Positions 1 to 11,405 are shown, numbered from the stretch's first letter. The stretch: 64,000 nucleotides of DNA from an uncultured Spirochaetota bacterium (GCA_963734495.1 CAVTHK010000011.1:544001-608000), one strand, 5' to 3'. A program made the numbers and translations. Notes: generated from the letters alone by a model not told the origin.

Positions 1-37
1 TTCGCGCGCGTCCACGAGGGCCGGCTCTTTTCCGCTT

Positions 38-925
38 TCATGCACGGCCGCCTTCGACGCCCAGCAGGCGCAGCTGCACGAGCGTGAGGAGAAAGACGAA
101 CCCCAGCAGGATGACCGACATGCTGCTCGCGAAGCCCATCCTGAGCTGGTTGAATCCGAACTGGTAGATCATGAGCCCGATCACCCGGGTCGACTCGCCC
201 GGTCCGCCGTCGGTGATGATGAGGAACGGCGCGAACCCCTGGATCGACCCGATGAGGGCGACGACCATCACGTAAAGGAGAGTCGGCTTGAGGAGCGGGA
301 GCGTGACGCGCATGAGCCTCTGCATCCAGTTCGTGCCGTCGATGAGCGCGGCCTCGAGCACGTCCTTGGAGATCGTCTGCAGGCCGGCGAGCAGCAGGAT
401 CGAGTAGTACCCCACCCCGGACCAGACGGTCGTGATGGTGATCGCCCACAGCGCGTGCTGGTCCGACGACAGCCACGGTATCGGGCCCAGGCCGAAGAGG
501 GACGTCACCTGCTCCATCAGGCTGAACGGCCTGAACATCACCTTCCAGACGAGGGCCGTGACGGCGAGGGGGAAGACGAAGGGGAGGAAATAGACCGCCT
601 GGAACGACCGGTAGAACGGGATCCGCTGGTTCAGCACGAGGCTGACGAACAGGGCGATGACCATGACGATCAGGACCCTGACCGCCACGTATTGCCCCGT
701 GACCCAGAGGGAGTTCCAGAAAGAGGGAAACGCCAGCACCTTCGCGTAGTTGGAGATTCCGCTCCAGCGCGGAGGCTGCAGGATCGAGTAGTCGGTAAAG
801 CTGATCGCGAGCGCCGCGAGCATCGGGCCCAGCAGGAAGACGATCATGAATATCAGGACGGGCAGAAAGAAGAGAAAGCCGGCAAGCCTTCTCTGCTCGA
901 TGTACCTCGCCGTTCTCGTCTTCAT
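38..925 (-). CDS. Carbohydrate ABC transporter permease
   Basis: Multiple TM segments; EAA loop 'LEAALIDG'; lies downstream of a sugar-binding protein. Confidence 0.9.
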   Translation of the reverse strand: MKTRTARYIEQRRLAGFLFFLPVLIFMIVFLLGPMLAALAISFTDYSILQPPRWSGISNYAKVLAFPSFWNSLWVTGQYVAVRVLIVMVIALFVSLVLNQRIPFYRSFQAVYFLPFVFPLAVTALVWKVMFRPFSLMEQVTSLFGLGPIPWLSSDQHALWAITITTVWSGVGYYSILLLAGLQTISKDVLEAALIDGTNWMQRLMRVTLPLLKPTLLYVMVVALIGSIQGFAPFLIITDGGPGESTRVIGLMIYQFGFNQLRMGFASSMSVILLGFVFLLTLVQLRLLGVEGGRA

Positions 926-963
926 CGCGGGGTCCTCGGGGGACGGCCGGAGCGGGTCAGGCG

Positions 964-1002
964 GCCCTGCCCGAGCCGGGACGGGCCCGGCTCGGGCAGG
1001 GC
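964..1002 (-). terminator. Perfect 17-bp stem-loop between the SBP and permease genes (attenuator or mRNA-stabilising hairpin)
   Basis: GCCCTGCCCGAGCCGGG-acggg-CCCGGCTCGGGCAGGGC. Confidence 0.6.
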
Positions 1003-1009
1003 AATTCCA

Positions 1010-2296
1010 TCACTTGATCGCGGCGTCCACCGTCGCTTTCGCCTTGTTCAGAGTGTCCTTGATGTCCTTGCCCTGGTAGAGGATCGACTGGACAGCCGTC
1101 TTGATGGGCTCGGAGACCTCGGACCACTTGTTCAGGAGGCCCGAGGGGAACGTGTTCTTCTGCATGCGAGCGACCAGCTCGGGATCGGGCACGACCTTGG
1201 CGGCCTCGGTCTGCGCCCACCCCTTCCTGGGGATGAGACCGCCGACTTCTGTGAGGTAGCGCGACGGGTCCTTGACGAGGTAGTCGGAGAGCTTCCAGGC
1301 CCACGACTTGTTCTTCGAGTTGACGTTCACCGAGTAGCCCCACGAGGACACGCTGGACGGAGACTCCTTTCCGGGGAACGTGGGATTCTGGATCGCCTTG
1401 ATCTTGCCCTTGAGGACCGGGTTGATGAGCCCGTAGCGGGTCCCCCACTCGATGACGTTCATGATGAACATGGAGGCCTGATTGTTCTGGCAGAGCTCCA
1501 TGTACTCCGTGGTCGACGAGATCTCGCGGTCCGTGATGCCTTCGTCGAACCTCCGCTTGAGCTCCGTGATCGCCTTGACCGCGGCGTCGCTGTTGATGAG
1601 GGTTTCGGTGCCGTCCTTGTTCATGATCGGCGCGCCGAGCTCCTCCATCATCGGCTGGAACTCCATGAAGTACCAGATCGAAGGGCTGCCGTACGGGAAG
1701 GTAACCGCCTGCCGCTTGATCCGGTTGCCCTCCTTGATGGTCAGCTTCTTGCCGAAGTTGATCACGTCGTCCCAGGTCTTGGGACCCTTGCTGGGATCCA
1801 GGCCCGCGGCCGCGAAATGCTCGGTGTTGTATCCCCACCCGAACAGGTTGTACTCGAACATCACCCCGTAGTGGTCCTTGCCGATGGAGTACTGCTCGAG
1901 GGCGCCGGGATCCCAGGAGTCCTCGAAATCCTTCATGGAGGCGTATCCCATGAACTTGACGTCCGCCTCGGTCAGGACGCTGAGGTTGTTCTTGTACGAG
2001 GTCACCAGCCTGTAGGACTGCGACCAGATATCCGGGGCCGCCCCCGCCGCGATCGCGGTCGGAAGCTTCTTCTCCAGGTCCGCATGGCTCATGAACTCGA
2101 GGGTGATGTTGTAGCTCGGGTTCTTCTGCTGAAACTCGGAGCCGAGCTTTGCCTGCAGGTCCCTCTTGGGTCCCGTCACCTCGCTCCAGAGAACCTGTTT
2201 GACCGGTCCCTTGGCCGACGCATCACTCTGGCCTCCGGCGAACGCAGTCGTCGCGAGCAGCATGCACGCGGCGATCAGAACGACGTCTCTCTTCAT
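1010..2296 (-). CDS. Carbohydrate ABC substrate-binding protein (family 1)
   Basis: Signal peptide MKRDVVLIAACMLLATTAFAGGQ; 'AAGAAPDI', 'PKTWDD'; AGGAGG RBS before start at 2296. Confidence 0.9.
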   Translation of the reverse strand: MKRDVVLIAACMLLATTAFAGGQSDASAKGPVKQVLWSEVTGPKRDLQAKLGSEFQQKNPSYNITLEFMSHADLEKKLPTAIAAGAAPDIWSQSYRLVTSYKNNLSVLTEADVKFMGYASMKDFEDSWDPGALEQYSIGKDHYGVMFEYNLFGWGYNTEHFAAAGLDPSKGPKTWDDVINFGKKLTIKEGNRIKRQAVTFPYGSPSIWYFMEFQPMMEELGAPIMNKDGTETLINSDAAVKAITELKRRFDEGITDREISSTTEYMELCQNNQASMFIMNVIEWGTRYGLINPVLKGKIKAIQNPTFPGKESPSSVSSWGYSVNVNSKNKSWAWKLSDYLVKDPSRYLTEVGGLIPRKGWAQTEAAKVVPDPELVARMQKNTFPSGLLNKWSEVSEPIKTAVQSILYQGKDIKDTLNKAKATVDAAIK

Positions 2297-2563
2297 ACGA
2301 GCCTCCTTGCTCGCTCGTTTCCGCAGGCGGGCTCGCACGCCCGTCGGTCCCGGCCACTACGGCTTCGACCGCGAGCCTGGCTCGCCCTGCCTCTCGCACC
2401 CGCTCCGGCATCGCCCCTGGCGGGAAGCCGGGCGGAGGCAACAGGATGGCGTTGTCCCGCCGCGCATGTCAAGGGAAGGGCGAGGCTCTGTCGCGTCGGC
2501 GTCGTGTTGCGAACGGCGAGCGCCCGGTGTGCCGGCCGGGGGGCAGCCGGCGCTCGGAGCGAT

Positions 2564-2592
2564 TTGATTGAGGATCGGACTCGACCTATAAT
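2564..2592 (+). promoter_or_regulatory. Sigma-70-type promoter for the peptide ABC operon
   Basis: TTGATT-N17-TATAAT, conspicuous in a GC-rich background. Confidence 0.65.
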
Positions 2593-2732
2593 GTGGCGGA
2601 GCTTGAGATGGCGAGCCGGCCCAGCGACGCCTCCGGGGCGGCGCCCGAAGAGAGTGGGCGCGCACCGCCCCGCATCACGTCCGGGCAACGAATCGATCTT
2701 GCAGGCATTTCGAACGGAAAAGGAGGCGACAG

Positions 2733-4299
2733 ATGAAGAGAATACTGGTTGTGGCGTTCGCACTGGCGATCCTCGCCGCGTTTTCGGTCTTGGGAGCGCC
2801 AAAGGACTCCATAGTGGTCGGCCTTTCGGCCGACGTGAACAACTGGCACGCCGGCTGGCACAACGGGAGCATCGAGGAGGGGCTGGTCCAGAACATCTAC
2901 GAGAACCTGTTCATGTTCGACGCCAACGCGGCCTCGGTGCCATGCCTGGCGGTGAGCTACAAGAGCATCAGCCCTCTTGTCTGGGAGTTCAACCTTCGGC
3001 CGAACGTCAAGTTCACAAACGGGGAGCCCTTCAACGCGGCATCCGTAAAGTGGAGCCTCGAGACGCAGCGTGACGACCCGAAGGTGACGAGCCGGAGCTG
3101 GCTGGCGACGATCAAAGAAGTAGAAGTCGTGAGTGACTTGATCGTTCGAATCCATACGACGCGGCCGGACCCCGAGCTCATAAACGAGCTGACGTGGTCG
3201 GGCGAGCAGATGCCCCTCAAGTACGGCAAGGATGAATACAACGGGAAGATGATCACCGAGCCGGTGGGCACCGGACCGTACAGGCTCGTCGAATGGAAGA
3301 AGGACGTCAGGATCGTCCTCGAGAGCAACCCGAACTGGTGGGGACCCAAGCCGGATGTCAGGCGCGTCGAGATCCGCCCGCTTCCTGATCCCTCCACTCG
3401 CGCCGCCGCTCTTCTTTCGGGCGAGGTCGATCTCATAGACAACCCCAACCCCGAGGACATACCGCGCCTCAAGGCAACACGCGGACTGGCAGTGGAGATC
3501 ACGCCCAGCCAGCGGGTGGTGTACCTGTTCATGGACTCGTTCCGGCCCAAGGGGGGGCCCGGCCCCGACGGGTCGCCCGGCTTGCCGCCCGGCCAGGCCA
3601 ATCCTCTGCTGGACGCCAGGGTGCGCAAGGCGCTCTACCAGGCGATCAACCGCGAGGAGATCTGCCAGCAACTGCATCAGAACCAGGCGGCGCCCGCCTA
3701 TCAGCCGATGATCCCGTCGTCTCCGGCCTACGCGGACGTGCCTGCGCCCACGTACGACCCGGCGGCGGCCCGGAGGCTGCTCGCCGAGGCAGGCTACCCG
3801 AACGGGTTCAAGACTCGACATCAAGACCATGAATGACCGGCTGCCGCACGACAAGGACACGGTTCTCGCAGTGGCCAGCCAGCTCAAGAAGATCGGCGTC
3901 GACGCGACGGTCTACGACTTCCCGAAGACGGTCATCTACTCCGCCTATGCGGCCTTCGACATGACCGTGGGGCTGCAGACCTGGGGCGCGCTGACGATGC
4001 CGGGAATGAGCTGGCGCGGTCTGTTCTACGGGGACAAGGACAAGAAGGACTACGGCCAGCAGAACCACGGGCGCTTCATCGACAAGCAGATGAACGCCAC
4101 CCTGGACAAGCTGGCTTCGGAGTTCGATCAGGCCGAGCGGCAGAAGCTCTTTACCCAGCTCACCCGGGACTTCATGGACAAGATCCCCATACTGCCGATC
4201 TACTACGTGACCCTCGTGAGGGCCATGAAGGACAACATCCAGTTCAGGGTGTACGGGGACGAGCACATCTACTACAGAAACGTCAAGATCAAGAACTAG
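2733..4299 (+). CDS. Peptide/nickel ABC substrate-binding protein (family 5), with an apparent +1 frameshift near 3813
   Basis: 'LRPNVKFTNGEPFNA', 'PVGTGPY', 'LLAEAGYPNGF'; removing one base gives ...GFK-LDIKTMNDRLP..., joining ORFs 2733..3836 and 3829..4299. Confidence 0.85.
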
Positions 4300-4381
4300 C
4301 TGAGCGGGTTTGCCCGGGGCCTCGCTCGACTCACCTGGGCGGAGGGACGCGACCCTCCGCCAGGCGTCAGGGGGAGATACC

Positions 4382-5320
4382 ATGGTCCTCAGGCTTCTGT
4401 GGAAGCGCTTTATCCAGCTGCTGCTGGTGTTCTTTCTCGTTTCCATGGCGGCCTTCCTGCTGCTCTTCATCATCGGGAACCCGGTCTACGTCATGTTCGG
4501 CGGCTCCTCCGGCATAACCCAGGACCAGATCAACGCCCTTACCCGCGAGCTGGGTCTCGATCAGCCCTTCTACGTGCAGTATGTCCGCTTTCTCCAACGA
4601 GCCGTTACAAAGGGGGATTTCGGCGTCTCCTACTACTACCACCAGCCCGCGATGGCCCTCATTCTCGAGCGCATCCCCGCCACGCTTCAGCTGACGATTC
4701 CGGCGATCGTGCTCGCCATCCTGTTGTCCGTCCCTCTCGGTGTTGCAGCGGCGCTGCACAAGGGGACCATCGTCGACAGGATCGTCCTGTCCTTATCGAT
4801 CATCGGGACGTCGGTCCCGGTCTTCTGGCTGGCTTCGATCCTGATCTATTTCTTCGCCGTTCACCTCAAGGTGCTGCCCTCCTCCGGCTACGGCGGCGTC
4901 AGGCACCTGGTGCTCCCGCTGGTCGGGGTGGTCTTTTCCGCGACCGCGGTCCTGGTCCGGCTGGTCCGGTCGGAGACGCTCGAGACGCTCGGCAAGGACT
5001 TCGTGAGGACCGCTCGCGCGAAGGGCCTGCCCTCTTCCGTCGTGACGGTCAAGCACGTGCTCAGGAACTCCCTGATCCCGTTCGTGACCTACCTGGGTCT
5101 CATGTGCGGGAACATTCTGGGCATGACCGTCGTGACCGAAAAAATCTTCGCCTGGCCGGGCAGCGGCAGGTTGCTGCTGACGTCCATCGAGAGGCTCGAC
5201 CAGCCGGTCGTCATATCGTACGTGGTCATCATCGCCCTCATCTTCGTCGTCGTGAACTTCGCGGTCGACATGACGTACCTCGTGCTCGATCCGCGCATCA
5301 GGACGAGGGAGCTGCAGTGA
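4382..5320 (+). CDS. Peptide ABC permease (DppB/OppB-like)
   Basis: 'LGLDQP', 'GDFGVS', 'FVRTARAKGL', 'TEKIFAWPG'. Confidence 0.9.
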   Translation: MVLRLLWKRFIQLLLVFFLVSMAAFLLLFIIGNPVYVMFGGSSGITQDQINALTRELGLDQPFYVQYVRFLQRAVTKGDFGVSYYYHQPAMALILERIPATLQLTIPAIVLAILLSVPLGVAAALHKGTIVDRIVLSLSIIGTSVPVFWLASILIYFFAVHLKVLPSSGYGGVRHLVLPLVGVVFSATAVLVRLVRSETLETLGKDFVRTARAKGLPSSVVTVKHVLRNSLIPFVTYLGLMCGNILGMTVVTEKIFAWPGSGRLLLTSIERLDQPVVISYVVIIALIFVVVNFAVDMTYLVLDPRIRTRELQ

Positions 5321-6180
5321 AGACGCTCCTCCGCCGCACGCGGTTCACGCAGAAGGCCGTGCGGGAGCTGCGCAGAAACCCGCTTTTCCTCGTCTCGGTG
5401 TGCGTGTTTGCGGTCTTCGCGATCATGGCGATCTTCGCGGATCGGCTGGCCCCGCATCATCTGGGGGACCTCGAGCTGATGCGCCGGCTCTCTCCGCCGA
5501 AAGCCGAGGGGAGATTCTACCTCGGCACCGACAACATGGGTCGCGACGTCTTTACCCTGGTGCTGTACGGGCTGCGCACGTCGCTCGGCGTTGCGGGTTC
5601 GGCCGTGCTGCTCGCCGCCGTGTTCGGCGGCTTCGTCGGCATGATCGCCGGATACTTCGGCGGCCGTCTCGACGCGGTGATCATGCGGCTCGTAGACATG
5701 CAGCTTTCGATTCCTTCGTTCTTCTTCGCTTTGGCAGGCACTGTCCTCCTCGGCCGAGGGGTCGTCAACCTGGTCCTCGTCCTGTCCCTCGTGGTCTGGG
5801 GAGGCTTTGCCAGGGTGGCCCGCGGATCGATACTCGCTGCGAAAGAGGAGACCTACGTCTGGGCGGCGCGCAGCCTCGGCGCCTCGAATCTGAGGATCAT
5901 TTTCTTCGATCTCACCCCGAACGTGTTGAGCCCTCTGCTCGTGATGTTGTCCGTGAACCTGCCCCACGCGATCATGATCGAAGCCTCCTTGAGCTTCCTG
6001 GGGGTCGGGCTGTCGGCAGAGGTGCCTTCGCTGGGGCGGCTGATCAGCGACGGTCTGCCACAGCTCCTGCTCGGCGCCTGGTGGATTTCGATCCTTCCGG
6101 GCGTCGTCCTGATGATCCTCGTTCTGAGCTTCAATACCATGGCGGACTCGCTGCGCGACATCCTGGACGTGAGGCAATAG
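5317..6180 (+). CDS. Peptide ABC permease (DppC/OppC-like)
   Basis: GTGA overlap start; 'LGTDNMGRD', 'AARSLGAS', 'EASLSFLGVG'. Confidence 0.9.
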   Translation: MKTLLRRTRFTQKAVRELRRNPLFLVSVCVFAVFAIMAIFADRLAPHHLGDLELMRRLSPPKAEGRFYLGTDNMGRDVFTLVLYGLRTSLGVAGSAVLLAAVFGGFVGMIAGYFGGRLDAVIMRLVDMQLSIPSFFFALAGTVLLGRGVVNLVLVLSLVVWGGFARVARGSILAAKEETYVWAARSLGASNLRIIFFDLTPNVLSPLLVMLSVNLPHAIMIEASLSFLGVGLSAEVPSLGRLISDGLPQLLLGAWWISILPGVVLMILVLSFNTMADSLRDILDVRQ

Positions 6181-6233
6181 GAGCGGCGCCGCGCGCGCCG
6201 GCCCGTTATCGGCCCGGCGGCAAGGAGAAGAAC

Positions 6234-7601
6234 ATGTCTTTGCGCGATGCGATCGGCGAGATCATGATCAGCGACAATCTCATGGAGGAGATGCATCAGC
6301 TCTGCGACGTCATCGGCAGGCGCCCGACCGGATCCGAGGGAGAAAAGGCGGCCAGGGAGTACCTTGTCGAGCGGTTCAAGCATTTCGGGCTGCAGGCCGT
6401 GGCCTCGGAACCGTTTTCGGCGCCGAACTGGACGCGCCTGCAGACCACTGCGCGCCTTCTGTCTCCGGTGCAGCGCCCGCTGTCCGTCCTCGCGCTTCCG
6501 CTGAACGGGACGCACAAGGTCCGCGCCCCGGTGGCCTGGGCGCCGTTTCAGACGGTCGAGGAGTTCAAGACGTACGCGGGCCTGCTCAAAGGCCGGATCT
6601 GCGTGACGCCGGGCCAATCGATCACCGGGTTCAGCGGCACCATCCTCCACAGGGGCGAGAGGATCCGGCTGGCGCATGAGGCCGGCGCCGCGGCGTTTCT
6701 GTGGGTCTCTAACTGGCGCGGCAACGTCCTCCCCACGGGATCGATGAGCGGGGAGATCGCGAAGACCATGCCCGCGTTCGGGATCACGCAGGAGGACGGC
6801 TTCCTCCTCCAGAGGCTCGCCGAGCGAGGCGGTGACGTGATCGTCGAGCTGGACACCCGCAACGAGGTCTCCGAAACGACCTCGTGGAACGTGTGCGGCG
6901 AGATTCCCGGTTCCGCGCCGGATGCCCCGCTGGTGCTGCTGACTGCCCACTACGACAGCCACGACGTGACCGAAGGCGCCTTCGACAACGCCGCGGGCTG
7001 CGCCGTCGTCCTGGAAGCCGCGCGCGTTCTCGGCCGGCACTACCGGCGCCAGGGGTGCCGGCTGCGGTTCGTGCTTTTCTCCGCGGAGGAAATCGGCCTC
7101 ATCGGCTCGCGCGCGTACGTCCAGGCCCATGCCGCGGAAGTGCCGTCCATGCGCTTTCTGCTGAACGTCGACGGGCTCGGCGCCGCGCCGTCGAGCAAGT
7201 ACATCCACGTGCCCGTGGGAGTCGAAGTGGCCGAGTACATACGCGGCGTCTACCGTCGCTTCGGCTATTCGGTCGATGTCGACAACGCGATCTTCATGAA
7301 CTGGGACCACGCGTCGTTCGCCCTCCAGGGGATACCGGTCGCCTCCCTGACGGCGAAGTGGCCCGTGGGCACGCAGCTCCATTTCGGCCACACGCCCGCG
7401 GACTCTCTGGACAAGATCGACCCGCAGGATCTGCGCTACGCCTCGTGCTGCGCCACTCTCCTCGTTCTCAACGCGGCCAACGACAAGTCCTGGCCTCTCG
7501 GTCACCGCACTCCCGAGCAGGTGCTCGACATACTCGAGGCTGCCGGAAAGGCCAATCCCGACGAGTTCCATTTCGCGGGAGAGAGACCGTCGGTTTCGTA
7601 G
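6234..7601 (+). CDS. M28-family metallopeptidase with PA-like insert
   Basis: 'AHYDS', 'GAFDNAAG', 'AEEIGL', 'NVDG', 'HTPADSLDKI'; AAGGAG RBS. Confidence 0.85.
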   Translation: MSLRDAIGEIMISDNLMEEMHQLCDVIGRRPTGSEGEKAAREYLVERFKHFGLQAVASEPFSAPNWTRLQTTARLLSPVQRPLSVLALPLNGTHKVRAPVAWAPFQTVEEFKTYAGLLKGRICVTPGQSITGFSGTILHRGERIRLAHEAGAAAFLWVSNWRGNVLPTGSMSGEIAKTMPAFGITQEDGFLLQRLAERGGDVIVELDTRNEVSETTSWNVCGEIPGSAPDAPLVLLTAHYDSHDVTEGAFDNAAGCAVVLEAARVLGRHYRRQGCRLRFVLFSAEEIGLIGSRAYVQAHAAEVPSMRFLLNVDGLGAAPSSKYIHVPVGVEVAEYIRGVYRRFGYSVDVDNAIFMNWDHASFALQGIPVASLTAKWPVGTQLHFGHTPADSLDKIDPQDLRYASCCATLLVLNAANDKSWPLGHRTPEQVLDILEAAGKANPDEFHFAGERPSVS

Positions 7602-7639
7602 AGCTGCGCCGAACCGGCAGAAGTCAACGGAGGTCGCTC

Positions 7640-9016
7640 ATGGAATTGTCCGAGAGGCTCATCGATTTTCGCAGGCGAATACCGGTCAGCGAAGGCTACG
7701 ACGTGGTGGTCGTGGGCGGCGGCTCCGCCGGAATCGCCGCCGCAGTCGCCGCCGGACGCAACGGCGCACGCACGTTGCTGGTCGAGCGCAACGGCTGTCT
7801 CGGCGGGACTTCGACCATCGGGCTGGTCGGCCCGTTCATGACCTCGTACGACGCCCGCAGCCGCGAGCCCGTGGTCGGCGGCGTCTTTTCCGAAGTCGTA
7901 CGCCGGATGGTAGAGAGGGGAGGGGCCGTCGACCCTGCCACGATCCCGCCGGGGACGATCTATTCCTCATTCATCAGCGAAGGCCACGGCCACGTGACCC
8001 CCTTTCAGGCGGAGGTGCTCAAGGCGGTGGCCGACGCCGTCGTCTCGGGCGCCGGCGTCGAGGTCCTGTTCCACTGCGAGTGCATCGACGTGATGCGCGG
8101 CCGCGGAGCGATCCAGGGCGTGATCCTCCACCGCAAACAGGGCACGACCGCGGTTCCCTGCAAGTACGCGGTGGACTGCAGCGGCGACGGCGACCTCGCC
8201 GTCATGGCGGGAGCCGAGTTCGTCCTGGGCCGCGGCGACGGGAAAATGCAGCCGGCTTCCACCTTCTTCCGAATAGGAAACGTCGATGACGTGAAGCTGG
8301 AATCCTGGGTGCGCGAGCACCGGCGTGTCCACGGCGAGGAGCGGCTGTTCGAATGCCTGGTCCTCGAGGCAGCGGAGCGGGGCGAATTCACGGTCCCGCG
8401 GCGCTGGATCAACATCTACCGCGAGCCGCGGCCGGGCGAGTACAGAGTCAACGTCACGCGGGTCATCGGGGTTGACGGCACGAAGAGCGAGGACCTTTCC
8501 CGCGGAGAGATCGAAGGCCGGCGACAGGTCTTCGAAGTCATGGCCTTCCTGCGCGGCCACTGCGCAGGCCTCGAGAACGCGATCCTCCTGCAGGTTGCCG
8601 ACAGTCTGGGGATCCGCGAGACGCGGCACGTGGTCGGGGACTATGTGTTGAGCGGTGATGATGTTCTCGAAGGAAGGCGCTTTCCCGACGCGATCGCGCG
8701 GTACGCGTACGTGGTCGACATCCACGACCCGACGGGCTCCGGCGGGAAGAACCAGCCCATCAAAGGAGACTACTACGAGATCCCGGCGCGCTGCCTCCGC
8801 GTCAAGGGACTGAGGAACGTGATGGTAGGCGGCAGATGCATCTCCGCGGATCACGTCGCCAACTCTTCGCTGCGCGTCATACCAGCGTGCTACGCGACAG
8901 GCGAGGCCGCCGGTGCTCTCGCCGCGCTGGCGGTGCGGCAGGGGGCGGTGGATGCGCGCGAGGTCGCCGTCGATGAGCTGCAGGCGACGCTCCGGCGGCA
9001 AGGCGGAATCCTGTGA
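7640..9016 (+). CDS. FAD-dependent oxidoreductase (FAD_oxidored family)
   Basis: '[11 protein letters not shown]', 'DCSGDGDL', 'GIRETR', 'DIHDP', 'GRCISADH'. Confidence 0.9.
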   Translation: MELSERLIDFRRRIPVSEGYDVVVVGGGSAGIAAAVAAGRNGARTLLVERNGCLGGTSTIGLVGPFMTSYDARSREPVVGGVFSEVVRRMVERGGAVDPATIPPGTIYSSFISEGHGHVTPFQAEVLKAVADAVVSGAGVEVLFHCECIDVMRGRGAIQGVILHRKQGTTAVPCKYAVDCSGDGDLAVMAGAEFVLGRGDGKMQPASTFFRIGNVDDVKLESWVREHRRVHGEERLFECLVLEAAERGEFTVPRRWINIYREPRPGEYRVNVTRVIGVDGTKSEDLSRGEIEGRRQVFEVMAFLRGHCAGLENAILLQVADSLGIRETRHVVGDYVLSGDDVLEGRRFPDAIARYAYVVDIHDPTGSGGKNQPIKGDYYEIPARCLRVKGLRNVMVGGRCISADHVANSSLRVIPACYATGEAAGALAALAVRQGAVDAREVAVDELQATLRRQGGIL

Positions 9017-11106
9017 CGACGGCAGCCCACCCTGCGCCCCTTGCGCCGCTGCTGGAAGTGCGTGGCCTGAAGACCCATTTTGCCACGAATGCAGGGCTGG
9101 CCCGTGCCGTCGATGGGGTCAGCCTCACCCTTGCCCACGGCCGCACGCTCGGGATCGTGGGCGAGTCCGGATGCGGCAAGAGCGTCACTGCGCTGTCGAT
9201 CATGCAGCTCGTACCGCCGCCCGGCCGGATCGTCGCCGGGCAGGTTCTGCTGGAAGGCGAAGAGATGGTCGGCAGGCCCGAGCGCGAGCTGCGCAGGATC
9301 CGCGGCAAGGAGATCTCGATGATCTTCCAGGAGCCGATGACGTCGCTCAATCCGGTCTACAACGTCGGGTCCCAGATCGCGGAGGCGATCAGCTATCACC
9401 AGAAGCTGAGCGGGCGGTCCGCCCGGGCCGCGGCTGTCGAGATGCTCGACCTCGTCGGGATACCGAGCCCGGCAGAACGGGCCGACGATTATCCGCATCA
9501 GATGAGCGGCGGTATGAGACAGCGCGTCATGATCGCCATGGCTCTTTCCTGCCGCCCCAAGCTGCTCATTGCCGATGAGCCGACGACGGCTCTGGACGTG
9601 ACGATCCAGGCTCAAATCCTCGATCTGATGAACCGGCTCCGGACCGACCTTGGCACGGCGATTATCCTCATTACCCACGACATGGGAGTCATCGCCGAAA
9701 TGGTCGACGAGGTCGCCGTGATGTATGCGGGCAGGGTCGTGGAGATGGCTCCGGTCGGAGCCCTGTTTGCAGCGCCGTGCCACCCCTACACCTGGGGCCT
9801 GCTCGCGTCGATGCCCAGGTTGAACGAGAAGCGAGAGCGATTGAGGGTCATAGAGGGCGCGGTACCGAGCTCGACGGACCTTCCATCGGGCTGCCGCTAC
9901 CGCCCCCGCTGCGAATGGGCGAGGGAGCTCTGCCGCCTCAAGGAGCCGCCGTTGGGCGAGCTGGGGCCCGGGCACCTGGCCGCTTGCTGGGCACACTCCG
10001 ACTATGCCGACGCTCCTGCTCCGTCAGGGAATTACAGGCCGGTCTCGGTGGACTGGTCATCGCGCGCCCGCGCGCCGCAGGTAGAGGTCAGGATGCGAGT
10101 CGAGGGTGTGCCATCGAGCGGCGGCAGCGCCGCCGGGCCGCTCCTCGAAGTCGATCGGCTCACGAAGTATTTTCCCTCCGCCAGGAGGACGGGCCGGCCG
10201 CGCGGCGCGTCGCAGGTCAAGGCCGTCGACGGCGTGAGCTTTGCGATCAACAGGGGCGAGACGCTGGGCCTGGTCGGCGAGAGCGGCTGCGGCAAGACTT
10301 CCACAGGGTGGCTGATCCTGCGCCTCATCGAGCCCACAGCCGGGAAGGTGGTCTTCGATGGCCGGGACGTCTTCTCTTTGGGCAGAGCGGATATGCGCCG
10401 GCTGCGGCGCCACATGCAGATAGTCTTTCAGGATCCGTATTCCTCGCTGAATCCGCGGATGACCGTGCGGGACATCATCGCGCAGCCCCTGATGATCCAT
10501 CAGCTCGGCACGAAGGCGGAGAACGAAGAACGCGCGCAGGGGCTCTTGTCTGTGGTCGGCCTCACGCGCGATATGGCGATGCGATACCCCCACGAGCTGA
10601 GCGGAGGCCAGCGGCAGCGGGTGGGGGTTGCGCGCGCTCTCGCCCTGAGCCCGAAGCTTGTGATCTGCGACGAGCCGGTCTCGGCCCTGGACGTGTCCAT
10701 TCAAGCTCAGATCATCAACCTGCTCCAGGACCTTCAGCAGACCTTCGCGCTCACGTATCTGTTCATAGCGCACGACCTGTCGGTCGTTAAGCACATCTCA
10801 ACGAGAGTCGGCGTCATGTACCTCGGAAAGATGGTAGAGCTGGCAGCTAAGGACGACCTGTTCGGCGAGCCACTGCACCCCTACACCAAGGCGCTTCTCT
10901 CCGCCATCCCGGTCCCGGACCCGAGGGCGCGCAGCAGGCGCCAGATACTCAGCGGCGACATACCGAGCGCCATCGACCCCCCTTCGGGGTGCCGATTCCA
11001 TACTCGGTGCCCGGTCGCGGCGCCTGTCTGTCGCGCCGAGGCGCCGCCTTTCCGGCGAACGCGCGACGCACACTGGATCGCTTGTCACCTGGTCGCGGAC
11101 TCGTAG
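9013..11106 (+). CDS. Fused DppD-DppF-type peptide ABC ATPase (two NBDs)
   Basis: Two Walker A motifs ([16 protein letters not shown]), two signature motifs and two Cys-rich C-terminal domains in one ORF. Confidence 0.85.
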   Translation: MTTAAHPAPLAPLLEVRGLKTHFATNAGLARAVDGVSLTLAHGRTLGIVGESGCGKSVTALSIMQLVPPPGRIVAGQVLLEGEEMVGRPERELRRIRGKEISMIFQEPMTSLNPVYNVGSQIAEAISYHQKLSGRSARAAAVEMLDLVGIPSPAERADDYPHQMSGGMRQRVMIAMALSCRPKLLIADEPTTALDVTIQAQILDLMNRLRTDLGTAIILITHDMGVIAEMVDEVAVMYAGRVVEMAPVGALFAAPCHPYTWGLLASMPRLNEKRERLRVIEGAVPSSTDLPSGCRYRPRCEWARELCRLKEPPLGELGPGHLAACWAHSDYADAPAPSGNYRPVSVDWSSRARAPQVEVRMRVEGVPSSGGSAAGPLLEVDRLTKYFPSARRTGRPRGASQVKAVDGVSFAINRGETLGLVGESGCGKTSTGWLILRLIEPTAGKVVFDGRDVFSLGRADMRRLRRHMQIVFQDPYSSLNPRMTVRDIIAQPLMIHQLGTKAENEERAQGLLSVVGLTRDMAMRYPHELSGGQRQRVGVARALALSPKLVICDEPVSALDVSIQAQIINLLQDLQQTFALTYLFIAHDLSVVKHISTRVGVMYLGKMVELAAKDDLFGEPLHPYTKALLSAIPVPDPRARSRRQILSGDIPSAIDPPSGCRFHTRCPVAAPVCRAEAPPFRRTRDAHWIACHLVADS

Positions 11107-11405
11107 TGCTGCCCGGCGGTAGCGGCGCGAGCGCGAAGACAGCGTAGTAGTGCTCGGCCGGGCCAAGGGTCGCCGGAAGGGATTCGTTGACGGCGGGTCT
11201 CCTTTTTCTTACAGCTCGAAATCCACAGTTCGAAACGAGAACGTAAGCTGAACCGCGCCCCGCGGTCGCTTTCAGGGCGGAACGGGGCCGGAAGAAGGTG
11301 ACCTTGCCCGTCCGGCCTCGGGGGGACGCTTCCCTTGCCTCCTTTGACCCTTGTTTGATCTCGCGGGAGTCGCGTTGTAGGATTCCCGAAAGGGATAGCG
11401 AGATC

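Noticed and set aside
2605-2690. Partial resemblance to a SAM-I riboswitch (GGCCC..GA.GCC, GGCAAC)
   Set aside because: The core ATC..GAG and GAGGGA elements and the spacing are missing.
455-3073. 872-aa plus-strand ORF, and similar long ORFs such as 46385..49420, 37284..40361 (upstream part), 16301..18352 and 11873..14158
   Set aside because: These are antisense or alternative-frame shadows of real genes, expected at this GC content. They have Arg/Pro/Gly-rich composition and no recognisable motifs.
3805-3835. Programmed ribosomal frameshifting in the split genes
   Set aside because: There are no slippery heptamers or shared context at the shift sites, and these gene families are not known to be recoded.
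11107-11405. Possible ncRNA or riboswitch in the intergenic region upstream of the export operon
   Set aside because: It has only weak, interrupted inverted repeats and no recognisable consensus.
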